Positions 48,731 to 61,417 of a stretch of DNA of 64,000 nt are shown here, one piece after another; within the stretch, counting starts at the first letter, position 1; every line of letters begins with the position of its first letter. The stretch spans positions 12,772,001 through 12,836,000 of the forward strand of contig NC_134025.1 in the NCBI RefSeq assembly GCF_964204645.1, in the 5' to 3' direction. This DNA comes from Tubulanus polymorphus. Taxonomy: Eukaryota > Animalia > Nemertea. Below the pieces are notes generated by a model. That model worked only from the letters and a program-made list of their open reading frames with translations, had not been told where the DNA came from and did no database searches. The position numbers and the translations under genes were made by a program.

Positions 48731-49799
48731 TAACAAGAGCCCCAAGGGGCACAATGGCCAGCCTGTCAGATTTGCTTTTTATAAATGATGTAATCTGTTG
48801 GTTATATTTATCAATATACACTCCCTGCTCAATATAATTTACATAGTAAAATCGTGTGTTAACACAGACAGCAGGAACGAATGTAATATAGAAATACGAA
48901 GTTATTGTATTGTTCAACGCCCCCTGGTGGCCATATACAAAAACCAATGAGCTTGAAACTCACCAAGATCATAGACCATGTCATGAGCTACAACTTTCCA
49001 ATTGATTGTGGTAGCAAAATATGCATATGTACGAATGTAATATAGAAATACTAAGTTATTGTATTGTTCAACGCCCCCTGGTGGCCATAAACAAAAACCA
49101 ATGAGCTTGAAACTCACCTCGATCATAGAACGTCATGAGCTACAACTTTTCATTTGATTATAGTAGCAAAATATGCTTAAGTATCAATTATGATGTGGAA
49201 AAACTTTTTTCCACCTACGAATGAGTACTGATGACTCAAAGATGGCCGCCAATTGCGTCATAATTGCCCGATCAAAAATACCTACTCCGGTATAAAAGAT
49301 CCCTTTCCAAAGAATACCCATCACAAATTGCATTGAAAAATAGCAAACCATTAGGAAGCTACAGGACACAGAATTCAGGCCAAAATTGACATTTTTGGGA
49401 ACAAAAAAGGTCACAGGACGGCCATCTTGAGTCCGATCGACCCAATTTTTCTCATGCTGATGGGCCCTTGGGGGATACAAATATATACGAATGATCAAGG
49501 TTATTGATAAAAGTATCTTCAAAATTTCCCTCGAAAACTTCAAAAATGTGTAAAAAGTGCTGATTTTGGCGAACAACAATGGCTGCCAGCCGGCCATCTT
49601 GAATCTGACGGGGCCAGTTTTTGGGCTGAAGATGTGTCTAGGGTAGATACATGTAAAAACCAAATATCAAGACATTACCTTGAAGCGTCTTCAAAACTTC
49701 CCAAAATAACTGGATTCCGTCTACGGACGGACGGACGGACGACGGACGAAAAGTCAACGCAATAGCCCGCTGGGACTAAAGTCCCAAGTAGGCTAAAAA
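48731..49799 (+). mobile_element. HINE/DINE-like non-autonomous Helentron
   Basis: Starts TAACAAGAG with a short hairpin, has internal ~168-bp tandem units, a (GGAC)n microsatellite at ~49724-49749 and a terminal stem-loop TAGCC..TGGGACTAAAGTCCCA..GGCTA followed by an A-run. Confidence 0.7.
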
Positions 49800-51016
49800 T
49801 AGCCACGATATGAAAATTCTAATCTAGAGTATACAGATCGTGCACACCGAGCTCGAATAACCTATTTTCCGGTATACGCTTATCCTCTGCAACATGTCTC
49901 TTACATGCCCGTAAGGCCCACAGCATATAATCGGGTTGGCCACCCCGAATTATACCTGGATCTACCCTACATTCGACCGGTCTTTAGAAAAACCTCGTAA
50001 CCCTCACTTCATACTTATGGCAGTCCAAAATTCTACCATAGATTCTCCCTCCTCATGGGCTTTAGGCTCAAAGTCCCTACTAAATAGTCATCTGCTATTC
50101 GTCTCCACCGTGGCATTTTACCACCGATAAATATAAATCTACCTTACAACGGCCTGATACGAAAAGAATTGTTCCTCAGTCCTTGTTAAGAATCTGACAA
50201 TCACCAATAGACTAGTCTGTAGCTGCATATGAAATACTGTATGAAATTATTATCAACGATTTTTAATACTCTAATAATTAGAGTACACAATATTTATATA
50301 TTTACAAATCTACATTATTCCTAATAAAATATCGCTCTATTCAAAATCTAATTCGTTTCTTTATATAAAGTAGCGTAGTGTTAAACCGTCTTAATATCCT
50401 GTATTTAAAAATAAAGACAAACGTACGACTGAGGTACGACGATACGTCTTTTACTAACACGTATAACTAAGGGACTAAGATCTTAATAAATATATCAGCA
50501 GAGCAAGCTGTCGATCACGATTATCGTAAAAACGATGAAAGGAGACGGCTATATCTAACTGAATAAATATTATCGTCGAATTGATCACAGCGAACCAACT
50601 ACGTGAATGGTCGGTCAGCCCGACCAAAGACCGGTTAATATCGTTAAATAATGATAAACGGTTGACCCCAGCATCCCAGCATGACAACGGGCAGCTCAGC
50701 CTAGCGACCCACCCCGTTAGCCCAACAACAACCATGACAACAAACCAACATCAGCTGATAGCGCCGCCACTCGCGTGCCACGGACATTACCAGCATGGCC
50801 GAAATCTACGGATATTTAGCCAGTTGAAAATACGAATTTAAGTAAGTGATCCCACCTCCCATCTATACAACATATCAATACACAATATCTTTATACAGTA
50901 AACATCTTAAATTAAACAACAGCAAATAGATTTACATATTGCCTAGCCCGCCCCCTCTAAATATTCAATTCAATACAATACAATACATTTTAATAATAAC
51001 AACAATTGTACAAACG

Positions 51017-53100
51017 CAGGGTTCCTGCACATAAAAATCAACCAAATTCCATGACTTTCCATGACCTTTTTAGTCAATTTTCCATGACTTTCCCTGACAA
51101 ACAACCATAAAAATCCATGACTTTCCAGAAAATCAAGGAATTTCAACCCCAAAATTCCATGAATTTCCAGAAACTGGGAATTTAGATCGTTTTACGACTT
51201 GAAATGTAAATTTACACTTACCAGACAAAATATTTACAACTATGTACAACACTACTAACAGTTCTTAAGCTAGTTCATCTGATTTTAGTTGCTGTTCCAG
51301 CTGCTCAATCTTTTTTTGAGCTTCTGTTATTTCAGCATCCTTTTCTTTTGCTGATTTTCTGAGTGCATTTGACTCTAGTAACAGTTTTTTTATTTCTCTA
51401 CTGGTTTCAGCCTTTTCGCAGAGTTCATCAGCAGATTTTATCAGAGTAGCTTTACTTGATTCAAGATGACGTTTCTTCTGCTTTACAACTGATATCTCAT
51501 CTGTAACCAATTTCCGCTTCTCAGCAGAACTAGAAGTTTGGCTAGACTTCTTTAGGTCATCCAGGTACTTGCGGTATTTTGTCCGTGCATTAGAAACATG
51601 TGAGAGGCATGCGACAGATATTTCAAACTTTTCTAATCCACCTATTTCACGTAGATGGTCCACAATTGACCGCTGAGCTACAAGTGTATTTTCTTTCATA
51701 TATGTAGTGAGGATTTCTTTGTTGAAAGAAAATCCCCTTTCAACTTGGCTTTGGCCATGAGATAGTATCAGTATCATTTTCACTATAGTGACCAGGGAGC
51801 TGTAGTTTTTCTGCTCAAAACGAGAAATTAAGAACTTGTCCAGACTTTCACTCTTAAGTGGATCGTACTTGGAGAATAGATCTCTTTCAGTGGAAACATG
51901 TAATGCACTAACATTATCAATGAACTCGTTATATTCGACCTTTGCCCTGTCACATGCATCTTCGCTTGCACGTTTGCATTCAATGATAACTTCTAAGACT
52001 AATTTGAAATTCATTTTGCAAGTTTCTGGCTTCTTAAGCATTGTTACTGGATTGAGCGAGCTGAAATGTCTTGCAAAGGAAAATGTTAGTGGTGTTTTAT
52101 TTTTGAGATGCTTCACCAGACTAACCAGAGTGGCGCGGCACTTCATTCTATAGTCCATAACATCACGTTCACTAACTTTCTTTTCACTTAGGGCTTTCCT
52201 CTCAATCCCAGATGCTCTGAATCCAATGTCCACTGATTTATAATCACACAAATTGTCTGTTTTTTTCTACATCCAAGGCTACCAATTTTCTGGCTGTATT
52301 TGCTGATTTCAACAATAATGGTTTGACGAACCTTTTCATCAGTTCTCTGATAAGGGTCTCAAGATAATCACCCAGAAAAGGAACCATCGAGCGGTCTGAT
52401 TGGAACATTTTCAAAAATGGTTCGATCTGCGAAACTACCGCCAAGAAAAATGCTAGCTTAGCACGAATCAATGGATCTGCCACAGCTGCTTTCACAGACA
52501 GATATGAATTGGACTTAGGTTCTGCAGCTGGTGCTAGCGATGTAATGTATTTCTCAATGTTAGGCCATTTCCAGAGCTCTTGTGACGACTATCTTATTTT
52601 CAACCCATCGGTGAGCGCAGAATTTCAAGGGAAACACTTTCGACCCAGAAGCTACTGTGTAATCTGATCTACGTGCAGGGCTATCTTTGAAAACCCAATA
52701 GAGTCCTTTCAACACATCACTGATCTCAAATTTTGAACTATTTTTGACACCGTTGTGGACAGTGTGCAGCCCACAACTGCCTATATCAAACGATAACATT
52801 CCACATTCATTTTTAACATCAGTTTGTATTAATCTGAAGAGTTTTTGATTGACGGTCGGTCCATCCATTGACAGTTGGATGACTTTATTACATCCCAGTT
52901 CATGTAACACTTCAAGAATTGGAGGCTTGAGATCCTCCTCTGCTCTACCGTGACCAAGAAAATACGATGACAAATAGCGGGTGACTATTTGATTTTTTGC
53001 ATGTCCCAAAATCGGACATGAATGTCTAACAGTTTTTGTTTTCATCAAACATGACAACAACATGCGTTGTCTCCTTCAGTTTCGCAGAGAGAATATGTTG
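51017..53100 (-). mobile_element. hAT-like DNA transposon, 5'-truncated
   Basis: Candidate end CAGGGTTCC at 51017 with subterminal TTCCATGAC repeats; transposase fragments inside; the other TIR is not seen. Confidence 0.7.
51265..53063 (-). pseudogene. hAT-like DDE transposase in three fragments
   Basis: LSMDGPTVN, SCGLHTVH (CxxH), HRW, LSHGQSQVERGFS. Confidence 0.8.
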
Positions 53101-53384
53101 TATGGGGATGTGACTGCACCAGCTCCCATGTTACCAAGCTAAAATGGAATAGTAGCGTGTGGTTGCATGATAATTAGCCAACAGTGACTGGCTCACAGCC
53201 CATGTAAACAGCATAATCAATATAGACCTAAACCGATTAGGCCTAAGCCATGATCGATGGCATTTTTTTTTTAATGAAAATGTTGTTCGTTACCGAAATA
53301 AAAAATATCAACTGACGATGCTGAACAAAACTCTTCAATAAATAGCGGTTTTTATTCTAAATCTAATTGCTTTATTAATTCATA

Positions 53385-53562
53385 CCCAGCTAACAAAAAA
53401 ACGTTCAAAGAACGTTTTCTAAAAGTTTTTCACTAACGTTTTAACGTTAATGTTGAACGTTCGTGCAACGTTTGTAGAACGTTTTTTTGTAAATGTATTT
53501 TAAGGTTCACAGAACGTTTTTGATAACGTTGACTGAACGTTACTTCACAACCTCTCTGCAAC
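53385..53562. mobile_element. Left arm of a probable AACGTT-rich MITE interrupted by Polinton C
   Basis: TA-CCCAGCTAAC start followed by many AACGTT units, ending abruptly at the Polinton terminus. Confidence 0.45.
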
Positions 53563-53831
53563 AGTAATAGGGATAATGGGCTTTCATACCAAAGGTCGAA
53601 AGGTCGAGCTCATAAAAAATGAAAAATATGAAAATAATAACAATTTCTATTTGAATTAGTAGCGAAACTCATATAAAATGAAAAATAATTCTCGCACACT
53701 CGAATTTATTTTTCATTTTATATGAGTTTCACTCCTAATTCAAATAGAAATTATTATTATTTTCATATTTTTCATTTTTTACTCACTAGCCCTTTCAACC
53801 GTTGATATGAAAGCCCATTACCCCTATTACT
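53563..53831. repeat. 269-bp imperfect palindrome at the left terminus of copy C
   Basis: AGTAATAGGGATAATGGGCTTTCATA...TATGAAAGCCCATTACCCCTATTACT; inner arms GAAACTCATATAAAATGAAAAATAA / TTATTTTTCATTTTATATGAGTTTC. Confidence 0.92.
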
Positions 53832-53911
53832 CTTAAAATATTCATATAAATGAATAACATTTAAATCATTGAACTTCTAAAATCAATTTTAATAAAAAAT
53901 TTAGTATTAAA

Positions 53912-54115
53912 ATGGAAGCAAATAAGTACTACTGCGCAACATGTAATATCAATATAGATAAATCCCAAAAAGCAAGACACAATAAAACTAAAACACATTT
54001 AGATAATAAATTGAAACTAGAATATTTACAGTTATATTCAGAACAGTTAACAAAGGCAAAGAAATCTATTGAATTATGGAATAATGATCCAAATAATGAA
54101 CAATACGTTGAGTAA
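53912..54115 (+). other. Chimeric mini-ORF: polB first zinc finger fused to the tail of the HNH gene
   Basis: MEANKYYC...KLKLEY matches the polB start (20203); LQLYSEQL...EQYVE matches the end of 55402-55857. Confidence 0.75.
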
Positions 54116-54265
54116 TTTGATATCAAGGATCCGATGTTTATACTAGAACATGATTCTATTTGAACCTATATACATTCTATGTAAAGAGCTATGGAATAAA
54201 TCTATAAATTCACAGCTGTTACAGCCGTTACTATGACGCCGAGACATTATGACTAATAATATTAC

Positions 54266-54425
54266 AAACGTGTAGAGAAAATTCTAGAAAGGTGTGCTGG
54301 AACTCTGAATAGAGATGACACGTCATAATCAGAAACGTGTAGAATATTCTAGAAAAGGCGCGCCGGAACCAGATGACGTGGAATAATCAACGACGTGTCA
54401 TTCTAGAAATCGCCCTGGAAATGAA
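54266..54425. promoter_or_regulatory. Triplicated ~65-bp unit with heat-shock-element and CRE/UPRE-like motifs
   Basis: GAAnnTTCnnGAA at 54277-54289 and 54342-54354, TTCTAGAA at 54401-54408, TGACGTGG at 54374-54381. Confidence 0.5.
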
Positions 54426-55182
54426 CAGACGTTGTAACATTGTGCTCAGGATATTCTATCTATCGAAACGAAATTAGGAGTTTATAGTTTACAATTATAA
54501 ATCTAAATGTAAGTACTGTTTTTTGTAGTTATTGGGGCTATTAAATATGAAACCTTTAGATATATTTAAGTGTATTTAGTATATCTTTTAGATGGCTAGA
54601 GTTGCCGCTAATATCTTTTAGATTAATAAAACGCCATACGCATCAAGAAGTGATAGAGAAACTCAAGATACTCTTTCTGACTGAGGAATCAACAGCAATG
54701 GATATCAAACCAATGGAAATTAGTACAAGAAACACAAGAATCACCAAAAGATCGAAGAAGAAATATAAGAATTTCAAAAACATTAAGACTCCAATGATTA
54801 AGTTTAACATTTGTTGATGTAGTTAAATATTTACCAGCAATTGAAAAAATGCTTGTAATTATAAATTGTATTTATAGAAATCAAATGATGTATTGGAAGA
54901 AATGACTGAACAACTTGTATAATGTATTGTGTAAATCTGTTTGGTGAATTTTTATGTTCGGTCGTTTCTATTTCTAGAATGAATATATAATTAGGATTAA
55001 CGCATGCGCATTAAGCAAAAGCGCGCACGAATGCGCGGTTTGCTCAGTGGTATTATTTAGATATAAAGGAATCGAAACAACTTATCAAAAGCAGCGAGGA
55101 ATGAAAAAGGATGACGTTGGTCGAAGAAATGGAAGAGGATTCTAAAATATTAACCAATTTAGTAAAAAAATACATATAATAA

Positions 55183-55857
55183 ATGGAACCAGAACAACCA
55201 CAAACTATAAATATTACAAATAACACTGGTGTTATAAATATATATTACAAGAAGTGTTCTAAATGTGAATTAGATAAATCATTAACAGAATTTAGTAAGC
55301 GTAAGATTAGCAAAGATGGTTTTCAATAATGCTGTAAAACTTGTTTTAAACTATATACCAAACAATACCGAGAAGATAATAGAGAAGCTTATAATGATTA
55401 TATGACAGAATATATTAGAGAAAGATATCAAACAGATCTTAATTTTAGATTGAAACAATGCTTAAGATCTAGATTAACACAATTATTCAACAAAGAAACA
55501 CATTCAGAAACACTATCTAATTTATTGGGTTGTTCAGATGAATTTCTCAAATCATGGATTATATTTCAATTCGATGATAAAATGAATATACATAATTATG
55601 GGGATTATTACCATATTGATCATACGTTACCAATATCTAAATTTAACATGAACGATGAATACAATAAAAAACTTATTTGGAATTGGAAGAATCTAAGACC
55701 TTTAGAAAAGAAGGAAAACATAATTAAATCTAATAAACTAGATTTACAGTTATATTTAGAACAGTTAACAAAGGCAAAGAAATTTATTGATCAATGGAAC
55801 AATGATCCAAATAATGAACAATACGTTGAGGAATTTGATATCAAGGATCCGAAATGA
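55183..55857 (+). pseudogene. HNH-type endonuclease with N-terminal CxxC pairs; one in-frame stop
   Basis: KKCSKC...CKTC, LLGCS, YHIDHTLPIS...NLRPL...EN..KSNK; TAA at 55327. Confidence 0.75.
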
Positions 55858-56136
55858 CTTATCTGGACAGTTATAATTACTGCTCCTAATAGATAAACAA
55901 AAGTAGTGAGATATCAAATAGATTTTAAATAAAAAGTGTTTAAAAAACAATAACTTCAACTAGCTTGTGAATTCTATTATATTTTTAATATTTTCTTTTC
56001 AAAAAAGAATACTTTATATCACAAATAAAAAATACTAAAAAAACAATAACTAATACTAAAATTCTTTACCTTTAACTAACTAGTATCATTTGAAGAATAC
56101 TTATTATATTTTTCTTATTAAATTTCTCTAATATAA

Positions 56137-56745
56137 ATGTCAAAGAAATCTAATAAGAATAGTATTGATATTGAAAAAACATTAGATGATTTAGGTATTA
56201 GTGATAATAAAGATACAGTTGTTTCTAATTCTATTCAAGTTAATAACAATATAGATTATGAATACTATTTATATTGTAAGCATCATCTAGAACTATTGAT
56301 TGCCGGTGGAAAAACTGATGAGTTTTTAAATAGAATCATTACTTTTCAAGAACTAGACTCTATGAAACCAGATAAAGTAATAAAATATTTTAAGATTTAT
56401 GAAGAGGCAAGATTAGCTAGAATAAATGATTCTATTTCAGATGGTATTGTCAAATGTTATTCTAAGTTATGTAACCAGTTAATACCAATTGATGATGAAA
56501 ATAAATTATATAGTGATTTGAAAAATGACTACTTAGTTATGACTGAATTACAAAAATGGGTTGGTTATGCTTCATTTCAATTAGGATCGGTTATGACATT
56601 AATTTCTACTGGTGTCATAAAATTTTCGAATATCAAGCCTATGGAATATAAATCAGGTAAGAACGAAACAGATGACGCTGTACTACAACCAAACAGCGAA
56701 ACAGAAAATGAATCAGAACAAAAATTAACTAAAATAAATGAGTGA
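56137..56745 (+). CDS. 202-aa viral hypothetical protein
   Basis: Intact; homologues at 44034 and 5472. Confidence 0.8.
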   Translation: MSKKSNKNSIDIEKTLDDLGISDNKDTVVSNSIQVNNNIDYEYYLYCKHHLELLIAGGKTDEFLNRIITFQELDSMKPDKVIKYFKIYEEARLARINDSISDGIVKCYSKLCNQLIPIDDENKLYSDLKNDYLVMTELQKWVGYASFQLGSVMTLISTGVIKFSNIKPMEYKSGKNETDDAVLQPNSETENESEQKLTKINE

Positions 56746-57193
56746 TAGCGTTAAGAAAAAGGCTAGATCCGAGAAACAAATTAAATGGGCAAGAGAATTA
56801 GGTAAAAGATCTTCAGAATTAAAAAAAGCTAAGAAAAATAAATTAACTGATATAGAGAAACAAATTATATGGGCAAGAGAATTATGTAAAAGATCTTCAG
56901 AATTAAAAAAAGCTAAGAAAAATAAATTAACTGATATAAATGAATCACAGACTTTATCTGATATTGATTCAAATAATAATCCATCTGATAGATTCAGCAC
57001 AGCTGAATCTCATAATTACTTATATATTACAATTGGGTTAATCACAATTATTATATTCTCCGGTGTAATATATAAATCAAAATTCAAATCTGATGATAAC
57101 AATAATGATTCCAATGACAACAAACCTATCATACCAAATAAGTCAAATGATAAAGTCATTGAAAATGAACCAAGATTAATATTAATGGATTAA
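56738..57193 (+). CDS. Basic TM protein with an internal tandem duplication
   Basis: EKQI.WAREL.KRSSELKKAKKNKLTDI occurs twice; homologue of 5630-5998. Confidence 0.78.
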   Translation: MSDSVKKKARSEKQIKWARELGKRSSELKKAKKNKLTDIEKQIIWARELCKRSSELKKAKKNKLTDINESQTLSDIDSNNNPSDRFSTAESHNYLYITIGLITIIIFSGVIYKSKFKSDDNNNDSNDNKPIIPNKSNDKVIENEPRLILMD

Positions 57194-57199
57194 AATAAG

Positions 57200-58312
57200 A
57201 TGAAAAAAGAACAATATTTAAGAGAGTTATATTATAACCCAGAAAGTGAAGTATCATATTCTAACGTTTCAGAATTATGGAATAAAATTGAATCTGATAA
57301 TAGTGATGGTGCCGTATGGCACCCACATGGTGGTATAAAGTAAAGTGAATTAAAATCATGGTTACAAAATCAACCAACATATCAAATTCACAAGAAAATG
57401 GATAAAACTTATTTAACAAGAAAAGTTATGGTTTCATATATCGATCAACAATGGCAAGCAGATTTAATTGACATGAAGAACTTAGAGGAATACAACAAAG
57501 GATATTTCTGGATACTGAATGTTATAGACATATTCAGTCGATACGCATGGTCAATTCCAATCAAAAGTAAAACTGGTATAGAAGTGACAAATGCTTTTAA
57601 ATCTATATTCAAAGAAGCTATTCCAGATAAGATACAATTTGATGAAGGTAAGGAATTTTATAACAAACATTTCAAAAAACTATTATCGGATAACGATGTA
57701 GATTATTTTTCAACACACTCAGATAAAAAAGCATCTATTATAGAAAGATTTAATAAAACATTGAAAACTAGAATGTGGAAATATTTTACTGCTAATGAAA
57801 CATATAAATATATCGATGTGTTAGATGATTTAGTGAAAGGTTATAATAATTCTAAACATAGTTCTATAAATATGAAACCTATACAAGCTAGAAAAGAAGA
57901 TAATTCGGAAATAGTTTGGAATAATTTATATGGAGCGTTTGTTACACATGATTTCGGTGAACCTAAATTTAAAAATGGACAACACGTAAGAATATCTAAA
58001 TATAGAAAAACATTTTATAAAGGTTATACCCCTAATTTTACTGAAGAAATATTCAAGATTAAAAAGATAATATTAACTAAACCTTTTGTTTATAAACTAG
58101 AAGATATAAAAGATGAAGAAATATTAGGTTATTTCTATGAACAAGAATTATCACTTGTACCAAATCCAGATGAAATAGAATACAAAATAGAAAAAGTATT
58201 GAAAACAAAAACTCTTAAAGGAAAAAAGTATTCTTTGGTGAAATATAAAGGATACGATGATAAATTTAATGAATGGATTTTATCTAGTAAAATTAAAAGA
58301 ATAAATGAATAA
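57200..58312 (+). pseudogene. rve integrase with chromodomain; in-frame stop at 57341
   Basis: Full DDE core and chromodomain in ORF 57398-58312; true start at 57200 by alignment with 6005. Confidence 0.92.
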
Positions 58313-58918
58313 AGATTTATTTATATTTGAACCGCATAATATGTTAGTTACTGGAGTAACAAACTGTGGTAAAACACACTTCATATTAGATTTGTTAGAA
58401 ACTATTTATAAGAATCATTTTGATAATATAATATTATTTTGTCCTACTTATGAAATGAATAAAACATATAATAGAGATATAGTTAAGATAAAAAAGTTTA
58501 TTATATTAGATCCTAAAACAGTAAAAGAAAATTTAGATAATTGTATAAAAATAGCAATTGATGCTTATAAAGGATCAAATACATTATTCATTGTAGATGA
58601 TTGCGCACAAATTAACATGATTCAAAAGTGAGAGAAAGTGAGTTATGTTATCTAGCTTTCTCTGGAAGACATTTTGGGATAACAACATGGGTTTTAAATC
58701 AAAAATATAATTCAATTGTTAAAGACTTTAGGGAGAATATAAGATTTCGAGTTTTATTTTATAACAAAGATAAAAAATCTATGCAACAATCATTGGAAGA
58801 AAATCAAATTATACCTACTGAATTATATGATGAATATATGAATAAATTAAAGAATAATAAAGGTTCAAAATTATTACTGAGACTACAATTTCCATATGGA
58901 TATAAATTTATAAAATAA
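58305..58918 (+). pseudogene. Packaging ATPase, frameshifted
   Basis: Two ORFs matching 6972-7583; frameshift just after the Walker B motif. Confidence 0.9.
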
Positions 58919-59298
58919 CTATTTGTACACCTATGTATTAGATACCCTATTCGATACCCTAATACCTGATACCCTATTAGATACCTTAAATACTTAAAAC
59001 CCCCTTTTTTAAATAAATATTATTTATACAATTTTCAACCAATTTATTTTTATTTTTTCAACTAATATATGAATAAGTTTGAAAATAATAAAGGTTATTT
59101 ATTATTACTGAGGTTTCAACATAAATTTAAAAAAGAAATATAACTTAAGGTATTTTCAAATAATATGTATTAGATATGTATTAGATATGTATTAGATACC
59201 TTAAATACCTTAAATACTTAAAACCCCCTTTTTTATTTGCTATTATTTTATACAATTTTCAACTAATATTATTATTTGAGTTAAATATAATTAATATC

Positions 59299-60090
59299 TT
59301 AATCACTTTCACTATCACTCTCCAATTCACTATCAGGCCCTAACAATTTATTCAAATGCTCTACCGAATCTACATCAATAGTTGTTTTATTTTTATACTT
59401 ATTCTTCACCCTTTTTACCGCATCATCAATAGTTGTTTCATTGTTATGCTTGTTCATCCAATCAAATTTATCATTATTTTCTACTTTATGTTTCATAGAA
59501 TCTTTATTAGTGTTTGCTCCCAATATTTCATTTACAGTGTTTGATCCTAATATTTCATTAGCATCAGTTAAATCTAATTCATCTTTATTAGGTGTTGATA
59601 ATAAAAAATCTTCATATAATTCTTTACCATTTACTTTTTTATTTGAAACAAACTTTGTAACATATCTAAATGGGTGTTCTATAAATTCTCTTAAACCAAC
59701 ACGTTCTATAACATTAGTAATATGTACCTTTGTATTCATATTTTTATTCCAATTTGATGGAGCGTTTGAAAATTCACCTTTACAATAATCACAATAATTT
59801 CTATTTTCACTAACATTTAATATTATTTCATTGTTAGATGTAGAAGGTATTACATTATTAGATGTAGTAGGTATTACTGTAGTAGGTATTACATTATTAT
59901 CAATTACATTACTTAAATTATCAACAACACCACTTTTATTATTATCGATTTCTATTAGTTTAGTTTTATATATTTTGAAAATAGGATCAAATATCAAAGC
60001 TATATTACAAGGTATTACATAATAAAAACCATCATTATTTTCATGTGTATCGATGTATGGAATATGTTTATATACTTTACCTCCTTCCAT
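59299..60090 (-). CDS. 263-aa hypothetical protein with short repeats, a degenerate zinc finger and an acidic tail
   Basis: Intact ORF; YCDYC...H; VIPT/S repeats; ends DSELESDSESD. Confidence 0.75.
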   Translation of the reverse strand: MEGGKVYKHIPYIDTHENNDGFYYVIPCNIALIFDPIFKIYKTKLIEIDNNKSGVVDNLSNVIDNNVIPTTVIPTTSNNVIPSTSNNEIILNVSENRNYCDYCKGEFSNAPSNWNKNMNTKVHITNVIERVGLREFIEHPFRYVTKFVSNKKVNGKELYEDFLLSTPNKDELDLTDANEILGSNTVNEILGANTNKDSMKHKVENNDKFDWMNKHNNETTIDDAVKRVKNKYKNKTTIDVDSVEHLNKLLGPDSELESDSESD

Positions 60091-60122
60091 TTAATATAAG
60101 ATTTTTTATTAAAGTTAAAATT

Positions 60123-61377
60123 TTAATACATAACACTATCTAATTGTGAATTTACAATATTTAATTGCGCGTCAGATATAATATAAATATGCATTTTGAA
60201 ATTTAGGCTTCCCTTTTTCTTTGTCATGAATAATTGTATTCCATCTTTAGTGTTTCGTAGTTTTTTTCCAGAACCATGTAATGAATTATCCTCTGTTGTT
60301 CTAAAATCTAACCATAATGCATATCTATTGCCGGTATAATAATCAATTTGATTAATATTACAATTTTCAGATGATTTCACTTTTTCATTCATAAGATGTT
60401 TTCTAATTTCTGGCCATTGATCTATCATTCTCATTCCTTGACAAAATATTTTATTTGCTATTCCTTCGATAGTTATTTCTACTTTTGTAATTTCAGGATT
60501 ATAATACTTACCAACCTGTATTGCACCATTTGCATTTAGAATATGTTGCAATGGTAAAAAATATTAATATACCTTTAATAGATCTGCTTGGGAAGTTAAT
60601 ATTCTCATTAATTATTTCATCATTTGCATTAATAGTTACAGTTTTAAATTTATCAATATAATCATATAATAATGAAAATCCTTGATTGTATTGAGTTTGA
60701 ATTATACTTGAAATATTTTCATCAGTTACTGTATCATATTCTAAACATATATTCGATAATTTATAACTCATATCTTTAACAACGCTAGATAATACAATTT
60801 CATTTACAGGAGCAAATGTTATCTCGAATATAATATCTTCTTGAATTGCATATTTATATAAAGGTGCATTATTATTTATCAATTCAAAGTCTAATGGAAT
60901 TTTATATTTGCTTCCATAAATCTTTTTTATCAAATTATCTGCGGTACGAGTTACTATTGCGTCATTAGCTCCTGATCTTAGTTTATTATGGTTTTCCGAT
61001 TGAATGCCCTGAAATATCATATTATTTCTATTTTCTTTAGTTAACCATAAATCTTTATAATGCATGAATAAATTATAATCATCTAATGAGAAAACTGTTT
61101 CTGGACCAATCTTTATTGTTAACTTTTTAATCAAATATCTTCCAACATTATCAACAACATAATTATTATTATTACCGATTACTTTTATATCAGCTGATAA
61201 ATAAATACTATTTGGAACGTAAAAAGTATTTTGTGTTAATCGAGGGATTCTAACGTATAAAGTTTCATCGGGATTAATATTTGAAGGATTATGAGTAATT
61301 ATATGATGTGATCTTTCTGCTTTAATAGCATTAGATATTCTATGATTCTTAGAAGGATTGATATAACTCCCACTCAT
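60123..61377 (-). pseudogene. Probable major capsid protein, frameshifted near 60535
   Basis: Two overlapping ORFs matching 40625-41872. Confidence 0.72.
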
Positions 61378-61417
61378 TTATTTAACAAAAAAATTAATTA
61401 TTTATTTTTTATCATGG

